IMG/VR virus record: IMGVR_UViG_3300035180_001820
Location: 3,268-67,267 of that record
Strand: one strand, 5' to 3'
Length of the DNA stretch: 64,000 nt
Origin: a virus
Made by a program: the position numbers and the translations under genes. The stretch's first letter is position 1. Each line of letters begins with the position of its first letter. Below the pieces are notes generated by a model that ran no database searches, was not told the DNA's origin, and saw only the letters and a list, made by a program, of their open reading frames with translations. Positions 21,790 to 32,147 of this stretch are shown piece after piece.

Positions 21790-22776
21790 TTATAAACCAA
21801 AACCTGTTACCTTTTCTTCTTGTTTTAATATACCTAAAGGTGTACCATCTGAAAATGTATAATCTGATAGTAATGTATCTTTTGTAATTATACCACCGCG
21901 TACTTTAATAACAATAGCATGTTTAATGATCATAAATCTAATATTTTCTTGTTCTATTACATTACCATTTTTCTTATGTTTGATTTCATAATTATCACGA
22001 CTCTTAAACGCATCAATTAATTCATCATCGGTAAATGCACGATATTCAGGTTCAGGTTTTATCCTGTAATAGTAACTTTGCCAATTCCATGCTGGCTCTA
22101 AACAATCATCATATATAGTGCTTTTCTTTTTTAATGCACATTGTATCTTAATAGGTTTATTTGTTTTAAGTGACTTTGCATATTCCATCATTAATACAAT
22201 TTGATTAATTAATATGTCATATTTAACATCATCAACAATATTAGTTACCTCTTCATTAAGATCATCTTTAGGCTTTTCACGATAATCATTATAAGTTGGC
22301 CAAGATACTATAGGTCCACTGTTTTTTGTTTCTTTAACATCTAACCAATCTTTATCATCTTTATGTTTATATTGTAACACCATAGGTTTACCAATAGCAA
22401 TTTGATGATAATATCTTTCTTTTAACAATTCTAATTCACTTGGTAATTCACGATACTCGGTACCATCTTCCCATGAAGGATCTAAATTGCACGTATGCCA
22501 AACCTTCATCCCAGGTTTCTTATATTGGATTGTGATTGGTTTTTCATAATGTTTTGATTTATTATATTTTTCAATAAGTAATTGCCTTTCACAAAAAACT
22601 TCCCTAAATTCAAATTTAGAAAAATCCCAAATAGGTTCACCAGCAACAGGATACCATACGGAAAATCTTGCTCTTAATGTCTTATCGCGATATTCTAATT
22701 TTATTGGAGTACCTCTTTGTTTCATTACATAATATTTTAACTTTAAACCCATGTTTGGATTTTTAACATTTTTCAT
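21790..22776 (-). CDS. Hypothetical protein with four tandem ~45-aa Trp-containing repeats
   Basis: Four copies of PI.(I/L)(Q/E)Y....W......P.W.....YR(E/I)KP-like units. Confidence 0.7.
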   Translation of the reverse strand: MKNVKNPNMGLKLKYYVMKQRGTPIKLEYRDKTLRARFSVWYPVAGEPIWDFSKFEFREVFCERQLLIEKYNKSKHYEKPITIQYKKPGMKVWHTCNLDPSWEDGTEYRELPSELELLKERYYHQIAIGKPMVLQYKHKDDKDWLDVKETKNSGPIVSWPTYNDYREKPKDDLNEEVTNIVDDVKYDILINQIVLMMEYAKSLKTNKPIKIQCALKKKSTIYDDCLEPAWNWQSYYYRIKPEPEYRAFTDDELIDAFKSRDNYEIKHKKNGNVIEQENIRFMIIKHAIVIKVRGGIITKDTLLSDYTFSDGTPLGILKQEEKVTGFGL

Positions 22777-23033
22777 TATTTACCTATTTCTTTAATTTTT
22801 CTAAAAATGGTACGAATCCACATCCAAAATGGAATCACCAAATCAATTAAAAGTTCTTTTTTGGATTTATATTCTTCTTCACCTACAAATAGCTTTACTA
22901 ATATGGTCATATAGTATACTGCCAAAATTACACAAATTGTAATGATAGTATCAATTGGTAACTAAGGTCCTACAGGTCCACTATTTGTTGGTACGAAAAC
23001 AGGCATAGGAATTATTTGTAAAATATTATTCAT
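22776..23033 (-). pseudogene. 86-codon membrane-protein ORF interrupted by an in-frame TAG
   Basis: ATG 23033 and TAA 22776 overlap both neighbours; single TAG at 22962-22964 (codon 24). Confidence 0.55.
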
Positions 23034-23349
23034 ATTCACTCCATACTAATATAGTATCATTTACTTTAAGTTTAGACCATTTTTCATAAGTCTCAATCAT
23101 AGGTTGAAATTTACCAGTTGAATCTTTTCCTAGCCATCTAAATTGTGTTGTATTTTCTAAAAATCCAATTTTAGTAAGTGTCCATTTTCCAACGACAACA
23201 TATGTTTCATAATACTTATAATGTGGTTTAGGTGTATGATCACATGATGTTAATAATATACTAAATAAAAATGCTAAAAATAATACTTTATACTTTTTCA
23301 TATTCTTCTCTATTAAATTTTGTTGCATATGGAATCCTAAGACTTCCAT
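23026..23349 (-). CDS. Putative lipoprotein (true start probably MKKYKVLF)
   Basis: MKKYKVLFLAFLFSILLTSC lipobox. Confidence 0.6.
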   Translation of the reverse strand: MEVLGFHMQQNLIEKNMKKYKVLFLAFLFSILLTSCDHTPKPHYKYYETYVVVGKWTLTKIGFLENTTQFRWLGKDSTGKFQPMIETYEKWSKLKVNDTILVWSEYE

Positions 23350-24385
23350 CAGGTGTATAATTTTGAAATTTAATTGTCACCGAATGTCCAATATAATCAT
23401 TTTTATTTTCAAGCAATTTCTTAAGAAAAGGCCAAGGACCAACAATATTTGATTTACATGTCTGACCATTTTTCAATTGTACTCGAATGTAACCTGCCAT
23501 ACCTGATTTATTACCTTCACCTTCAAGAATATCAAGAAGAATGAATTCATCATCCATAAAATCTTTTCTTTTTAAGAGATATTTGGATTTTTTGTTTTCA
23601 TAAAACCCATCCAATCTAATAATAGATCCTTCATATCCATCAGCGATAAATTGCTCATGCAATACATCAAGTTCTTCAAATGAGTTTGCAACATATGTAG
23701 GTACAAGTATCCAGTTTGCATAATTTATTTCCTTTACTAAATTGGTTAAGTATTTATATCTTTCGGAAAAAATCATATTAGGAATGTATATATCATATAC
23801 ATAAAAGAATAATGATTTATTAGTTTCGGCAAGTTCAGCTGCGGTAGGAGTTTGTTTTTTAGCAAGGCTCATGATTGCATCAAAGTCTGCTTTTAATTCA
23901 TGATTATAAAGTTCACCGTCAACAAACTTAACATTTGGATAATTTTTTACTTTATTTGAAAAGATATTAGGCCATTCATAAATATGTTTATCACCACGCG
24001 AACGTAATTCATCTGGACGATGAGCACAACGCATGCCATCAAGTTTAGGTTGGACAAAAACTGGAAAAGTAAGCTTCTTTTTATTATCAGCATAACCTTT
24101 AGCAGTCATAGGATCCATTTTTTCTTTTGAATCAACATGCTCAATAGTTGTTGAATAACCTCTACTTAATTTTTTTATGTGCATGGCTTCGGCTTCGGCT
24201 CGGGCTTGTGAAGCTCCAGTTGTTTCATTCGCTTTACCAACATTTTTTGGTTTACAAATTGTCCATTTTGAGGTAACCATCTTACCATTAAGTTTTCCAC
24301 TTATGGTTCTATATTTATTATCAACGACTTCAACTTCCCATGTTTGAATAGTACCCGTTGATGTTCTTTTATAAATAGTTATCAT
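23288..24385 (-). CDS. ATP-dependent DNA ligase
   Basis: QPKLDGMRC, VDGELY, FYVYDI, GYEGSIIR, LLKRK and an OB domain ending DGSLRIP. Confidence 0.93.
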   Translation of the reverse strand: MITIYKRTSTGTIQTWEVEVVDNKYRTISGKLNGKMVTSKWTICKPKNVGKANETTGASQARAEAEAMHIKKLSRGYSTTIEHVDSKEKMDPMTAKGYADNKKKLTFPVFVQPKLDGMRCAHRPDELRSRGDKHIYEWPNIFSNKVKNYPNVKFVDGELYNHELKADFDAIMSLAKKQTPTAAELAETNKSLFFYVYDIYIPNMIFSERYKYLTNLVKEINYANWILVPTYVANSFEELDVLHEQFIADGYEGSIIRLDGFYENKKSKYLLKRKDFMDDEFILLDILEGEGNKSGMAGYIRVQLKNGQTCKSNIVGPWPFLKKLLENKNDYIGHSVTIKFQNYTPDGSLRIPYATKFNREEYEKV

Positions 24386-24912
24386 TTTATTTCTCTTATT
24401 TTATTTAATTTTTTTTCTTCTAAACGAATTTTTTCAAAATTAGTTATAATTTTATTTGCATCATTAATATCATGAAAACCACAATCGGTGTTATAACATG
24501 CCTCTGCACTATAACCTTGATAAAATTTTCTATCTTTAGGAAAATACTTATAATCAATTTCATTCCAAATTAATTTATATTTTTTTCTAAAACATAATTT
24601 TTTCATATATTTAGTTTCAATATGATATAAACCATCATATCTAAAAACTCTATATTTATGAGTATCGGTGTCCATATATCGTATTATACTAAAATCAACA
24701 TCTAATTTCATTATATTAGAACCTAATGATTTAACCCAATTGTCTGCATTTTCCTCTGTAGAAAAATCCAAATTTTTGAATGGTTTCCATTGGCCATTTC
24801 TTATAGTATGTACCCAATATCTATCATTAAACTTAGTTATTTTGTATTTCATATAATCCAATAATTTTAATAATTAAATATAACTATAAATTTACTAAAT
24901 GTCAATTAAGAA

Positions 24913-25245
24913 TTAAATTATATTAAAACAACCATATTCACCAATTATACAGACTTTAATATTATGTAATTGTAACAATAAATCGGTTGAGATATCATCA
25001 CCTTCATTATCTGAGATATCTTCATTTATAAATAAATATTTATGGTTATCATCTAAATATTCTATCTTAAAAAATAACCTATTTATATTATAAAAATATT
25101 CTACATATTCGGTTATTATTTTCTTTTCTGATTTATTTGAATAATAATCTTGCAGCCTATCTGAGGCTGTATTGATATATTTATTAAAAACAATAAGTGG
25201 TAATAAAAATACTAATAGTATGTAAATTATCATCCATCTCGCCAT
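24913..25245 (-). CDS. Hypothetical membrane-anchored protein, last gene of the radical SAM unit
   Basis: Hydrophobic N-terminus; probable start at 25233 overlapping the upstream stop; ends just before the next promoter. Confidence 0.55.
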   Translation of the reverse strand: MARWMIIYILLVFLLPLIVFNKYINTASDRLQDYYSNKSEKKIITEYVEYFYNINRLFFKIEYLDDNHKYLFINEDISDNEGDDISTDLLLQLHNIKVCIIGEYGCFNII

Positions 25246-25541
25246 GCATATTCATGAGTACCTAATTTATAATTTGTTAACTCAGGAAATTCTGTTTTTA
25301 TTAATGTAGCTACACGTTCTTTAAACTGTGCACCTGTTTCATCATCTTTAACATTATCCCATGATAAACCAATATATAACTCATCACAATATTCGGGTGA
25401 ATGTGTTTCTAATTTTACAGCCTGTTCACCATATTCAAAAAGATCCATACCTTCAGGTATATCCGAACTCTCAACAGTTATTCCAAAAATTAAAAATGAA
25501 CTTGTAGAGCTATTACTAACGAACCCTTGTCTTATTTTCAA
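25230..25541 (-). CDS. GFVSNSS-motif protein, paralog 3
   Basis: TTG start at 25541 overlapping the upstream TGA gives (M)KIRQGFVSNSSTSSFLIFG; shares KDDETGAQ(F/Y)K with paralog 2. Confidence 0.8.
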   Translation of the reverse strand: MKIRQGFVSNSSTSSFLIFGITVESSDIPEGMDLFEYGEQAVKLETHSPEYCDELYIGLSWDNVKDDETGAQFKERVATLIKTEFPELTNYKLGTHEYAWRDG

Positions 25542-25873
25542 TTGTATTCTTCTCCACAATAATGTTCAAAGCGAGCTTTACTTTCATCATAGAATGGTAA
25601 TGCCGTTTTAATCATACTTAATATACGTGCTTTATATTGTGCACCTGTTTCATCATCTTTCATTGAGTCTGGGTCGACACCTAATATTGCACCATACTCT
25701 GTCTCAGATCTATATGATAAACCTAAATTATCAAAATACTCTTCATAATCTTCATCATGTTTATCTTCAAAATCAGTAGGAAGATATTTTGATACATCTT
25801 CACGAAGTATAATTCCGAATAAACAAAATGAACTTGTAGAACTGTTACTAACGAACCCTTGTCTGATTTTCAT
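25538..25873 (-). CDS. GFVSNSS-motif protein, paralog 2
   Basis: MKIRQGFVSNSSTSSFCLFG; AGGAG RBS. Confidence 0.85.
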   Translation of the reverse strand: MKIRQGFVSNSSTSSFCLFGIILREDVSKYLPTDFEDKHDEDYEEYFDNLGLSYRSETEYGAILGVDPDSMKDDETGAQYKARILSMIKTALPFYDESKARFEHYCGEEYN

Positions 25874-25884
25874 ATCAGTACTCC

Positions 25885-26376
25885 TTAATGTTTACTTAAT
25901 CTAATGTGAGGAATTTTATTGAATATTCCACCGTGCTCCATAGTTCCTGTGTAGGAATTATCATCACCATATTCTACAATAAAAAACTCACAATCTTTAT
26001 TTTCATTAACAAATTCAGTTGCAACTTGTGTTGCATAAATATTAGATGCCTTTTCGTATGCATCCCAATCAATTTTATCAGTACCTTTTATTTCATATTG
26101 ATGATAATCAGGAGCTCCTGTTAACCAACCGTTAGTAAGCTCTTTTGAAATTTCATCAATAGATGCCGATTTCTGTTTTTCAATATCCATAAATATTGTT
26201 TCGGCAAAGCCTATTGTTTGATATTCTTCACCAGTATCTGGCCATGAATATTTCTTTATGGTATTACTATCAAATAATATTGATTTAATTTCTTGTGGTG
26301 ATTTTGGTTTTCTTTTAAATGCTATAATAAAACTTGATGTTGAACTATTGCTTACAAAACCTTGACGTACTTTCAT
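25885..26376 (-). CDS. GFVSNSS-motif protein, paralog 1
   Basis: MKVRQGFVSNSSTSSFIIAF; remainder not obviously similar to paralogs 2 and 3. Confidence 0.85.
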   Translation of the reverse strand: MKVRQGFVSNSSTSSFIIAFKRKPKSPQEIKSILFDSNTIKKYSWPDTGEEYQTIGFAETIFMDIEKQKSASIDEISKELTNGWLTGAPDYHQYEIKGTDKIDWDAYEKASNIYATQVATEFVNENKDCEFFIVEYGDDNSYTGTMEHGGIFNKIPHIRLSKH

Positions 26377-27023
26377 ATTACATCCATTTCATTGTTTACT
26401 TCTTTTAATACGGCATCTTGACCATATTTATTTTTTAATCTTTCAAACCAATCTGCCGTTTTTGCTTTAACCATCCAAACTCGTTTATCAACTCGTTTTG
26501 TTTCATGTAGTCCTTTACAGATTACACCCTCAACCAATCCAAATTTATTATCATGAACATCCTTTACAAAGGACTTATTTAGATTTCCTTCATATACAAC
26601 TCTTGGTATACCTATATTAGAAAACTTTTTAATAAACTTACGAGGCTCTACCCATCCTCTTTGATGCTGCCAAATATCAAACATTGTTATATCTTTAACA
26701 TCATTAGGATCATGTAAACCAAATGCAGAGTTCGGTCCATAAAATTCTGAAAATACTATAAAGTTTTTAATATTTCTATAATCTTTATCAGTCTTAAATA
26801 TTTCAGTTAATGGTTCTGCATATTTTTTCATGAACAAAATTATAGCTTCACCAAATACATCGGCCTTTTCATTTATAATTTGATTACGAGTTCCAAATTT
26901 ATAAAATCCTAATTTGTATGACCATTCGCATCTAATATTTGAACCGTCCATTTTATCAAATGCAACTATTGGTGCACCAATAGTTCCGTGCTTCCAATAT
27001 TCTATGTGATGATATTCTTTCAT
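26373..27023 (-). CDS. RNA ligase-like nucleotidyltransferase (Rnl2-type adenylation domain only)
   Basis: Motifs I (DKMDGSN), III (FSEFYG), IIIa (FDI), IV (EGVICK), V (VKAK). Confidence 0.78.
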   Translation of the reverse strand: MKEYHHIEYWKHGTIGAPIVAFDKMDGSNIRCEWSYKLGFYKFGTRNQIINEKADVFGEAIILFMKKYAEPLTEIFKTDKDYRNIKNFIVFSEFYGPNSAFGLHDPNDVKDITMFDIWQHQRGWVEPRKFIKKFSNIGIPRVVYEGNLNKSFVKDVHDNKFGLVEGVICKGLHETKRVDKRVWMVKAKTADWFERLKNKYGQDAVLKEVNNEMDVI

Positions 27024-27034
27024 TATTTACCTTA

Positions 27035-28063
27035 TTAAATTGTATAAACTGGACATGCTTTAGAACAATCCCTACATCCTAAAACATCTTTTCTAAATGC
27101 ATATGTTCTAGAACTATGCCATACTTCATCCATAGATTTTGCATCTAATAAACTAATACCATTTTTCCAACCTTCAGTTCCTTCAATAAAAGAACATGGA
27201 AAAAATTCACCTTCAACATTTACATAACTTGAAAATAGTGTACTTTCACAAGGTTCAATAAATGTTGAAAATTGTTTATTTATATCTGCTTTAAATGCCT
27301 TTTGTGCTGAACATGAATCAAAACCAATGTTAACATTTTTTTGTAATGCAGTTTGAAATAATATACCAAATGATTCTTCACTAATACTATTATATCTTTT
27401 AACGGCTCTACCTTTTGATTTCAAAGATAAAAATACAATGGCATTTAACTTTTCTAATCTAGAATCGGTTTTTACTTTATCTAATAAACTCATAGCAATA
27501 TCATATGTTTCTTTAGATAACATAAAATGAATATTACATTGTGTTAAACCAAGATCCGTTAATTTTTTAATAGTATCCAATGTTTTATTTTCATCATAAA
27601 AAGATACTGCAATTGCTCCGCATCTTTGAACTAACTTATTAGCAATTTCATCAGTAATTCCTTCACCATTTATTGTAAGATTGGGTGTAATTCCATTTAA
27701 GATACAAAAATCAAAAATATCCCACATATCAGGATTAGAATCAATATCACCAATACCAAAAGCTATTTGTGTTAATGTTCTATTGAATTTATAAAATACT
27801 TTTTTGAATGTTTCTAATGTCATGTAGGTACCATTAGGTGTGTTTGCTTTATAACAAAATTTACATGGTCCTATACCATCTACACCTTTACATGTAGTTG
27901 AAATTTCTATATCAGCAATCTCAGGTCCATATTTAGACCATTGTGGATCTTCTTCTTTTGTTTTTCCCCATCTAGCAAAATAACCAGTTTTTTTATCAAA
28001 TACATAGTTATAATCTGTACTTGAAAAAATCTTTTTGTCTTTATTTTCTAATAATTTTGCCAT
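27035..28063 (-). CDS. Radical SAM enzyme with SPASM/twitch domain
   Basis: CKGVDGIGPCKFCY (CX8CX2C), PNLTING, C-terminal PCES...G.FFPCSF...CRDCSKACP. Confidence 0.88.
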   Translation of the reverse strand: MAKLLENKDKKIFSSTDYNYVFDKKTGYFARWGKTKEEDPQWSKYGPEIADIEISTTCKGVDGIGPCKFCYKANTPNGTYMTLETFKKVFYKFNRTLTQIAFGIGDIDSNPDMWDIFDFCILNGITPNLTINGEGITDEIANKLVQRCGAIAVSFYDENKTLDTIKKLTDLGLTQCNIHFMLSKETYDIAMSLLDKVKTDSRLEKLNAIVFLSLKSKGRAVKRYNSISEESFGILFQTALQKNVNIGFDSCSAQKAFKADINKQFSTFIEPCESTLFSSYVNVEGEFFPCSFIEGTEGWKNGISLLDAKSMDEVWHSSRTYAFRKDVLGCRDCSKACPVYTI

Positions 28064-28131
28064 TGTAACCTATTTATTTTAATTTTTTATAATATAAATA
28101 TAACCATTTATTTACTAAATGTCAATTGAGA

Positions 28132-28482
28132 TTAATCATCACATACATCATTACACCAATTATCCTGATTAAATATTATTCTCTCATAATCTTCAGTTTT
28201 TAGTGTAGGTTTAACAACAAATGTATTATCGCTATATTTAATAACGGCCTCATTTTTGTGCAACTTAACCCATTCATCTTTTACACGAATAAACCAAATA
28301 GGATTCCTAGCACCGTCATTATCATCAGAATCAAAATCAAAACCTATAAAGCAATTTGCACCTTCAGATTCCATCGGTGCCCAAGGTCTTTGTTCAACAA
28401 AATCAAAAATAGCCCTGTCATTTTTACCATCGTATGTAATTCTATCTACGATATATCTAATATCCATTATGATATCTTCCAT
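28132..28482 (-). CDS. Hypothetical protein, probable paralog of 28467..28931
   Basis: Shared IKYSDNTFVVKP / VKFSDGTYTVVKP. Confidence 0.55.
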   Translation of the reverse strand: MEDIIMDIRYIVDRITYDGKNDRAIFDFVEQRPWAPMESEGANCFIGFDFDSDDNDGARNPIWFIRVKDEWVKLHKNEAVIKYSDNTFVVKPTLKTEDYERIIFNQDNWCNDVCDD

Positions 28483-28931
28483 GATAATTTTGAAATTTCT
28501 AAATAATTAGCATTTTTAGGTTTAACAACAGTATATGTTCCATCGGAAAACTTAACAATTAAATCACCAAATTCTGCATTAATATTAATTCCTAAAAATA
28601 AATCTTTTATGACCAAACCACATTTTGGATTTTCAGACCAACTTATATAAAAATTTTTACCGGATGAATCCATTTTTGCATTTTCACCTTCAAGAAAACT
28701 ATGCATTATACTATCTGTATTTGGTGCCCATTTTAGTACATCTTCTATTGCTAGATATTTTAGATTTTCCATAGTTTGTTTAATGCCATCCGCAAATTCT
28801 TTAAGATCTTTAATTCCTTTATCAACACTACCCCAAGATGCATTACTAACATCTATTTTATGTACCTTTTGTACAGGAAAGTCTCGTGTTTCAATTATAA
28901 TAGTATCAGTGAAACTCATATTATTCTTCAT
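28467..28931 (-). CDS. Hypothetical protein
   Basis: Shares a C-terminal motif with 28132..28482. Confidence 0.55.
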   Translation of the reverse strand: MKNNMSFTDTIIIETRDFPVQKVHKIDVSNASWGSVDKGIKDLKEFADGIKQTMENLKYLAIEDVLKWAPNTDSIMHSFLEGENAKMDSSGKNFYISWSENPKCGLVIKDLFLGININAEFGDLIVKFSDGTYTVVKPKNANYLEISKLSWKIS

Positions 28932-29192
28932 TAGTTACTTTAAAAAAATTACAATTCATTTTAGCTTCAACATCTTTAGAAGCTAATGTATGATTTTCAT
29001 TTGTACATATATACAAATCTTTATTACACTTATTTGCAAAAATACAATTTTCACAAACTTCTAAATCTTTTCTATATTTATAATACAATTCCGCAAATGC
29101 TGTAAAATTATATTTACAAAATTGATATGCAACACCTGGGTCATTACGCGGAATCATATCTGCATAAAATTCATCAGCAGTCATTATCTTCA

Positions 29193-30116
29193 TTATACTA
29201 TCCACTCTTGACCTTGTTTAACCATACCTGCGAACCCATCATCTTTTACCATTTTGAACCAATCACAAGGTTGTCCATAAAAATCAAATCCTTCGGTAAC
29301 ATAATCTTGATAGTGATCTAAAAACATTTTTTCTTTAATATCATCACTCAATCTTATTGCATTTACATTTTCATAACCTTTAAGTTCACCATAATTTGCA
29401 TGAACTTTAGATGAAAAATTCATTATTTTTTTAACGGTATCAACACCATCACATTCACAATCTTGGAAGATGATATCTGATTCCTTATAAAAAATTTCAG
29501 ATTGGCGAGGTGAACAATGTTGACTATCTGTAACAAAATATACTGTCTTATGACCTTCTTTTTTAAAGAGTAAACCAAATGTAGGACTTGTTATACTACC
29601 TGTCATAATATGAATTTGTTGAATCAAAGATACGGTCCAACCTTGCCAAATAAAGTTTTGATTTTCTTTAATTGGATATAATGTAAAAAATGATTTTAAT
29701 GTTGCAGGTTGTCCTTCAATTGATTCTAATCCACCTCTCCAACTCTTCTTCCATAAATCTTTAAGTAACTTTCTGTTACAAATAAGATTAGGTACATAAT
29801 CGGAGTTTGTTCTTATGATAGGTGTTTCTTCAATTGGCATTTCACTTCTCATTGCAACTTCAGGTTTATTATACCAATCATATCTCTTAAATGCAACAAA
29901 CTCAATTGATGCATGATCCGCATGTGCGTGACTAATATAAATATCATCAATTGACTTGATAGGAATATTATATTTATGAAGCATTAGAGGTAGTGCCCAG
30001 CCAGTATCTATTAATAGGTTTCGTGTTTCACCTTCATGCTCTTCGGTTAATAAAAAACTATTATTACCATTTAATATTGAGAATGCATTGCCATATCCAA
30101 TTGATTTAATTTTCAT
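29193..30116 (-). CDS. MBL-fold hydrolase, Apyc1-like (anti-Pycsar cyclic-nucleotide phosphodiesterase family)
   Basis: G.G.AFS, NNS, LLID.G, SID.IYISHAHADH, LW..S..GGL, IFQDC, VHA...EL, MFL.HY.D, QG in the order recalled for Apyc1. Confidence 0.72.
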   Translation of the reverse strand: MKIKSIGYGNAFSILNGNNSFLLTEEHEGETRNLLIDTGWALPLMLHKYNIPIKSIDDIYISHAHADHASIEFVAFKRYDWYNKPEVAMRSEMPIEETPIIRTNSDYVPNLICNRKLLKDLWKKSWRGGLESIEGQPATLKSFFTLYPIKENQNFIWQGWTVSLIQQIHIMTGSITSPTFGLLFKKEGHKTVYFVTDSQHCSPRQSEIFYKESDIIFQDCECDGVDTVKKIMNFSSKVHANYGELKGYENVNAIRLSDDIKEKMFLDHYQDYVTEGFDFYGQPCDWFKMVKDDGFAGMVKQGQEWIV

Positions 30117-30672
30117 TTTAATTTGCTTTCATTTGCTAATTGTTTTATTATGGACCCATTACATAAACGAATCGGAACTGTATTTGTTCTGAACCAATGT
30201 CTTATATCCTTACCTGCTTCTATAAGATTATTACATTCTGTTTTATGTTTTGATAATACAGTTAATGCAAATTTAATATCTGAAAGATTTGCATGTATAA
30301 TTTTGTAAAGTTTAGAATCTGCAATTTGTACACCAATTGTTGTGTATGTATTAAATCTAGTAAGTACACCATTTTTAGTTAAAAATATTGGACCTGATTT
30401 ATCACGACATACAAATGTATTGTCCAATGATAATGCATCATATTCATCATGGCGTCTTATAAATGACTCATATAAATAACTACCATTATCATTATAGCTA
30501 TCATTATATGCATACACTAATGGTAATTTTTTATTAGTACATTCTATCATTCTAGTCATAAATCCAACAGCTGCATTATAATTTACAAATGTTCTATGTC
30601 TAAACAAATCAACTCTTGCATTACCATTATCGGTTACTGTTATTTGTGTACCATGTAAGTATAAAGTTTCCA

Positions 30673-31206
30673 TTAAAAATCAGATCCTATTATTAATTTA
30701 CCATTTTTGATTTGCAACCTATGTAATATATCAGAAAGATATTCTTCAGGTTTTGTTATTTGCCATTGTGTACAATCAGTTGCACTTTCATTATCACATT
30801 CAAAAATAAATTTATTATAATTTTCTTCCATAAATTTAACAAATGCTTCAGTATTTCCACGATCTTTATATCGTTGTATAAAATGATCTCTCAGTTGATA
30901 AGTTGGATAAATTAAAAAATACTTTATTCCATTTTTCTTTAATGCATCCCGAACTACACTATGACATGATATCATTATAATATCGGCTTTACCAATATTA
31001 TTTTTAATATGGTTCATATAGTTTTGTGGAAATGATGGATCTCTAATAGGTGCGGAATCTTTATGAGGTATGGCTGGATATATCCATGAAAACTTGCTTG
31101 AATCGGAATCTAATATAATTAGATCTTTATTGTTTTCAAAAACTTTTGTTTTACCAATCCCAGGGAAGGCTGAAATTATAATTGTTTCTTTCATTACTTT
31201 ATCCAA
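30673..31206 (-). CDS. P-loop kinase-like protein
   Basis: IISAFPGIGKT Walker A, DSDSS, R...RGN. Confidence 0.75.
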   Translation of the reverse strand: MDKVMKETIIISAFPGIGKTKVFENNKDLIILDSDSSKFSWIYPAIPHKDSAPIRDPSFPQNYMNHIKNNIGKADIIMISCHSVVRDALKKNGIKYFLIYPTYQLRDHFIQRYKDRGNTEAFVKFMEENYNKFIFECDNESATDCTQWQITKPEEYLSDILHRLQIKNGKLIIGSDF

Positions 31207-31435
31207 TTATCATAATTATTAATTGTTCTTAACAACATTGGTTGTTCTTTTTTCTTTACTTGGTATGTGCATACTGGAACAAATGCGCCTTCTTCAGGAA
31301 CATCCATATCACGCAAGCTTTGTCTCCAAAGTGCAGATGCTAATTCCATTAAATGACCATAACCAATTTGTTCACCTAATACTTTAACGCGGTCTGCTTG
31401 GTTTTTTATTTCTAATTTACGTTGGGCAATATCAA

Positions 31436-32098
31436 TCATCTACGTGTACACCTTCTAACAAATTCATTATCTGCTTTTAATTGAAGCCTACAATATTTTT
31501 CTTCCCATGCTGTCATGTATTTAATATCATCGGCTAAATGTTTTTTATATTTTCTTTTTAATTTTTTAATTTCTGTCCAATTATCTCCACATTTATTTTC
31601 CCAAATGTCAAAATAAATAGTATCAAAAATTATATGTTTAGGAAAGTTGCATGTGAAGACATCTTCATGAATTATGTTAACCTTTTTATTAAAACCTGAT
31701 ACTTCATTCATTATATCTATTAATGTTTTATTTTTTTCAATAATAGTAATAGATGTAACATGTTCTAAATCTTGTATTGCATAAATTATTAAACCTAAAC
31801 CTAAACCAGCTATTAAAACATTACCGTGTGCATTTCTAATAAAATTAATATTAGTTATAACTTCCATAGGTGTATTACTCATAAATAATTTACCATTTAT
31901 AAATAATCTTTTATATGAACCTATTTCAATAGAACCATGTCCTTGGTAGCTATTACCTATTTGACACATCATTTGCAAACGTTGGTATTCTTTTTCATCT
32001 ATAGAAAATGAATCTATTTTAACATCATCCGAAATAATATCAGGTAACTTATTAACCTTAGAAATTATAAAATTCTCAATATCTTTATAGTCAAACAT
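31436..32098 (-). CDS. Class I SAM-dependent methyltransferase / spermidine-synthase-like
   Basis: VLIAGLGLG, ITIIEK, IIHEDVF, FDTIYFDIW. Confidence 0.8.
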   Translation of the reverse strand: MFDYKDIENFIISKVNKLPDIISDDVKIDSFSIDEKEYQRLQMMCQIGNSYQGHGSIEIGSYKRLFINGKLFMSNTPMEVITNINFIRNAHGNVLIAGLGLGLIIYAIQDLEHVTSITIIEKNKTLIDIMNEVSGFNKKVNIIHEDVFTCNFPKHIIFDTIYFDIWENKCGDNWTEIKKLKRKYKKHLADDIKYMTAWEEKYCRLQLKADNEFVRRCTRR

Positions 32099-32147
32099 TA
32101 ATAACCTATTTTAATTTATATAAATATAACTATTTATTTACTAAATG

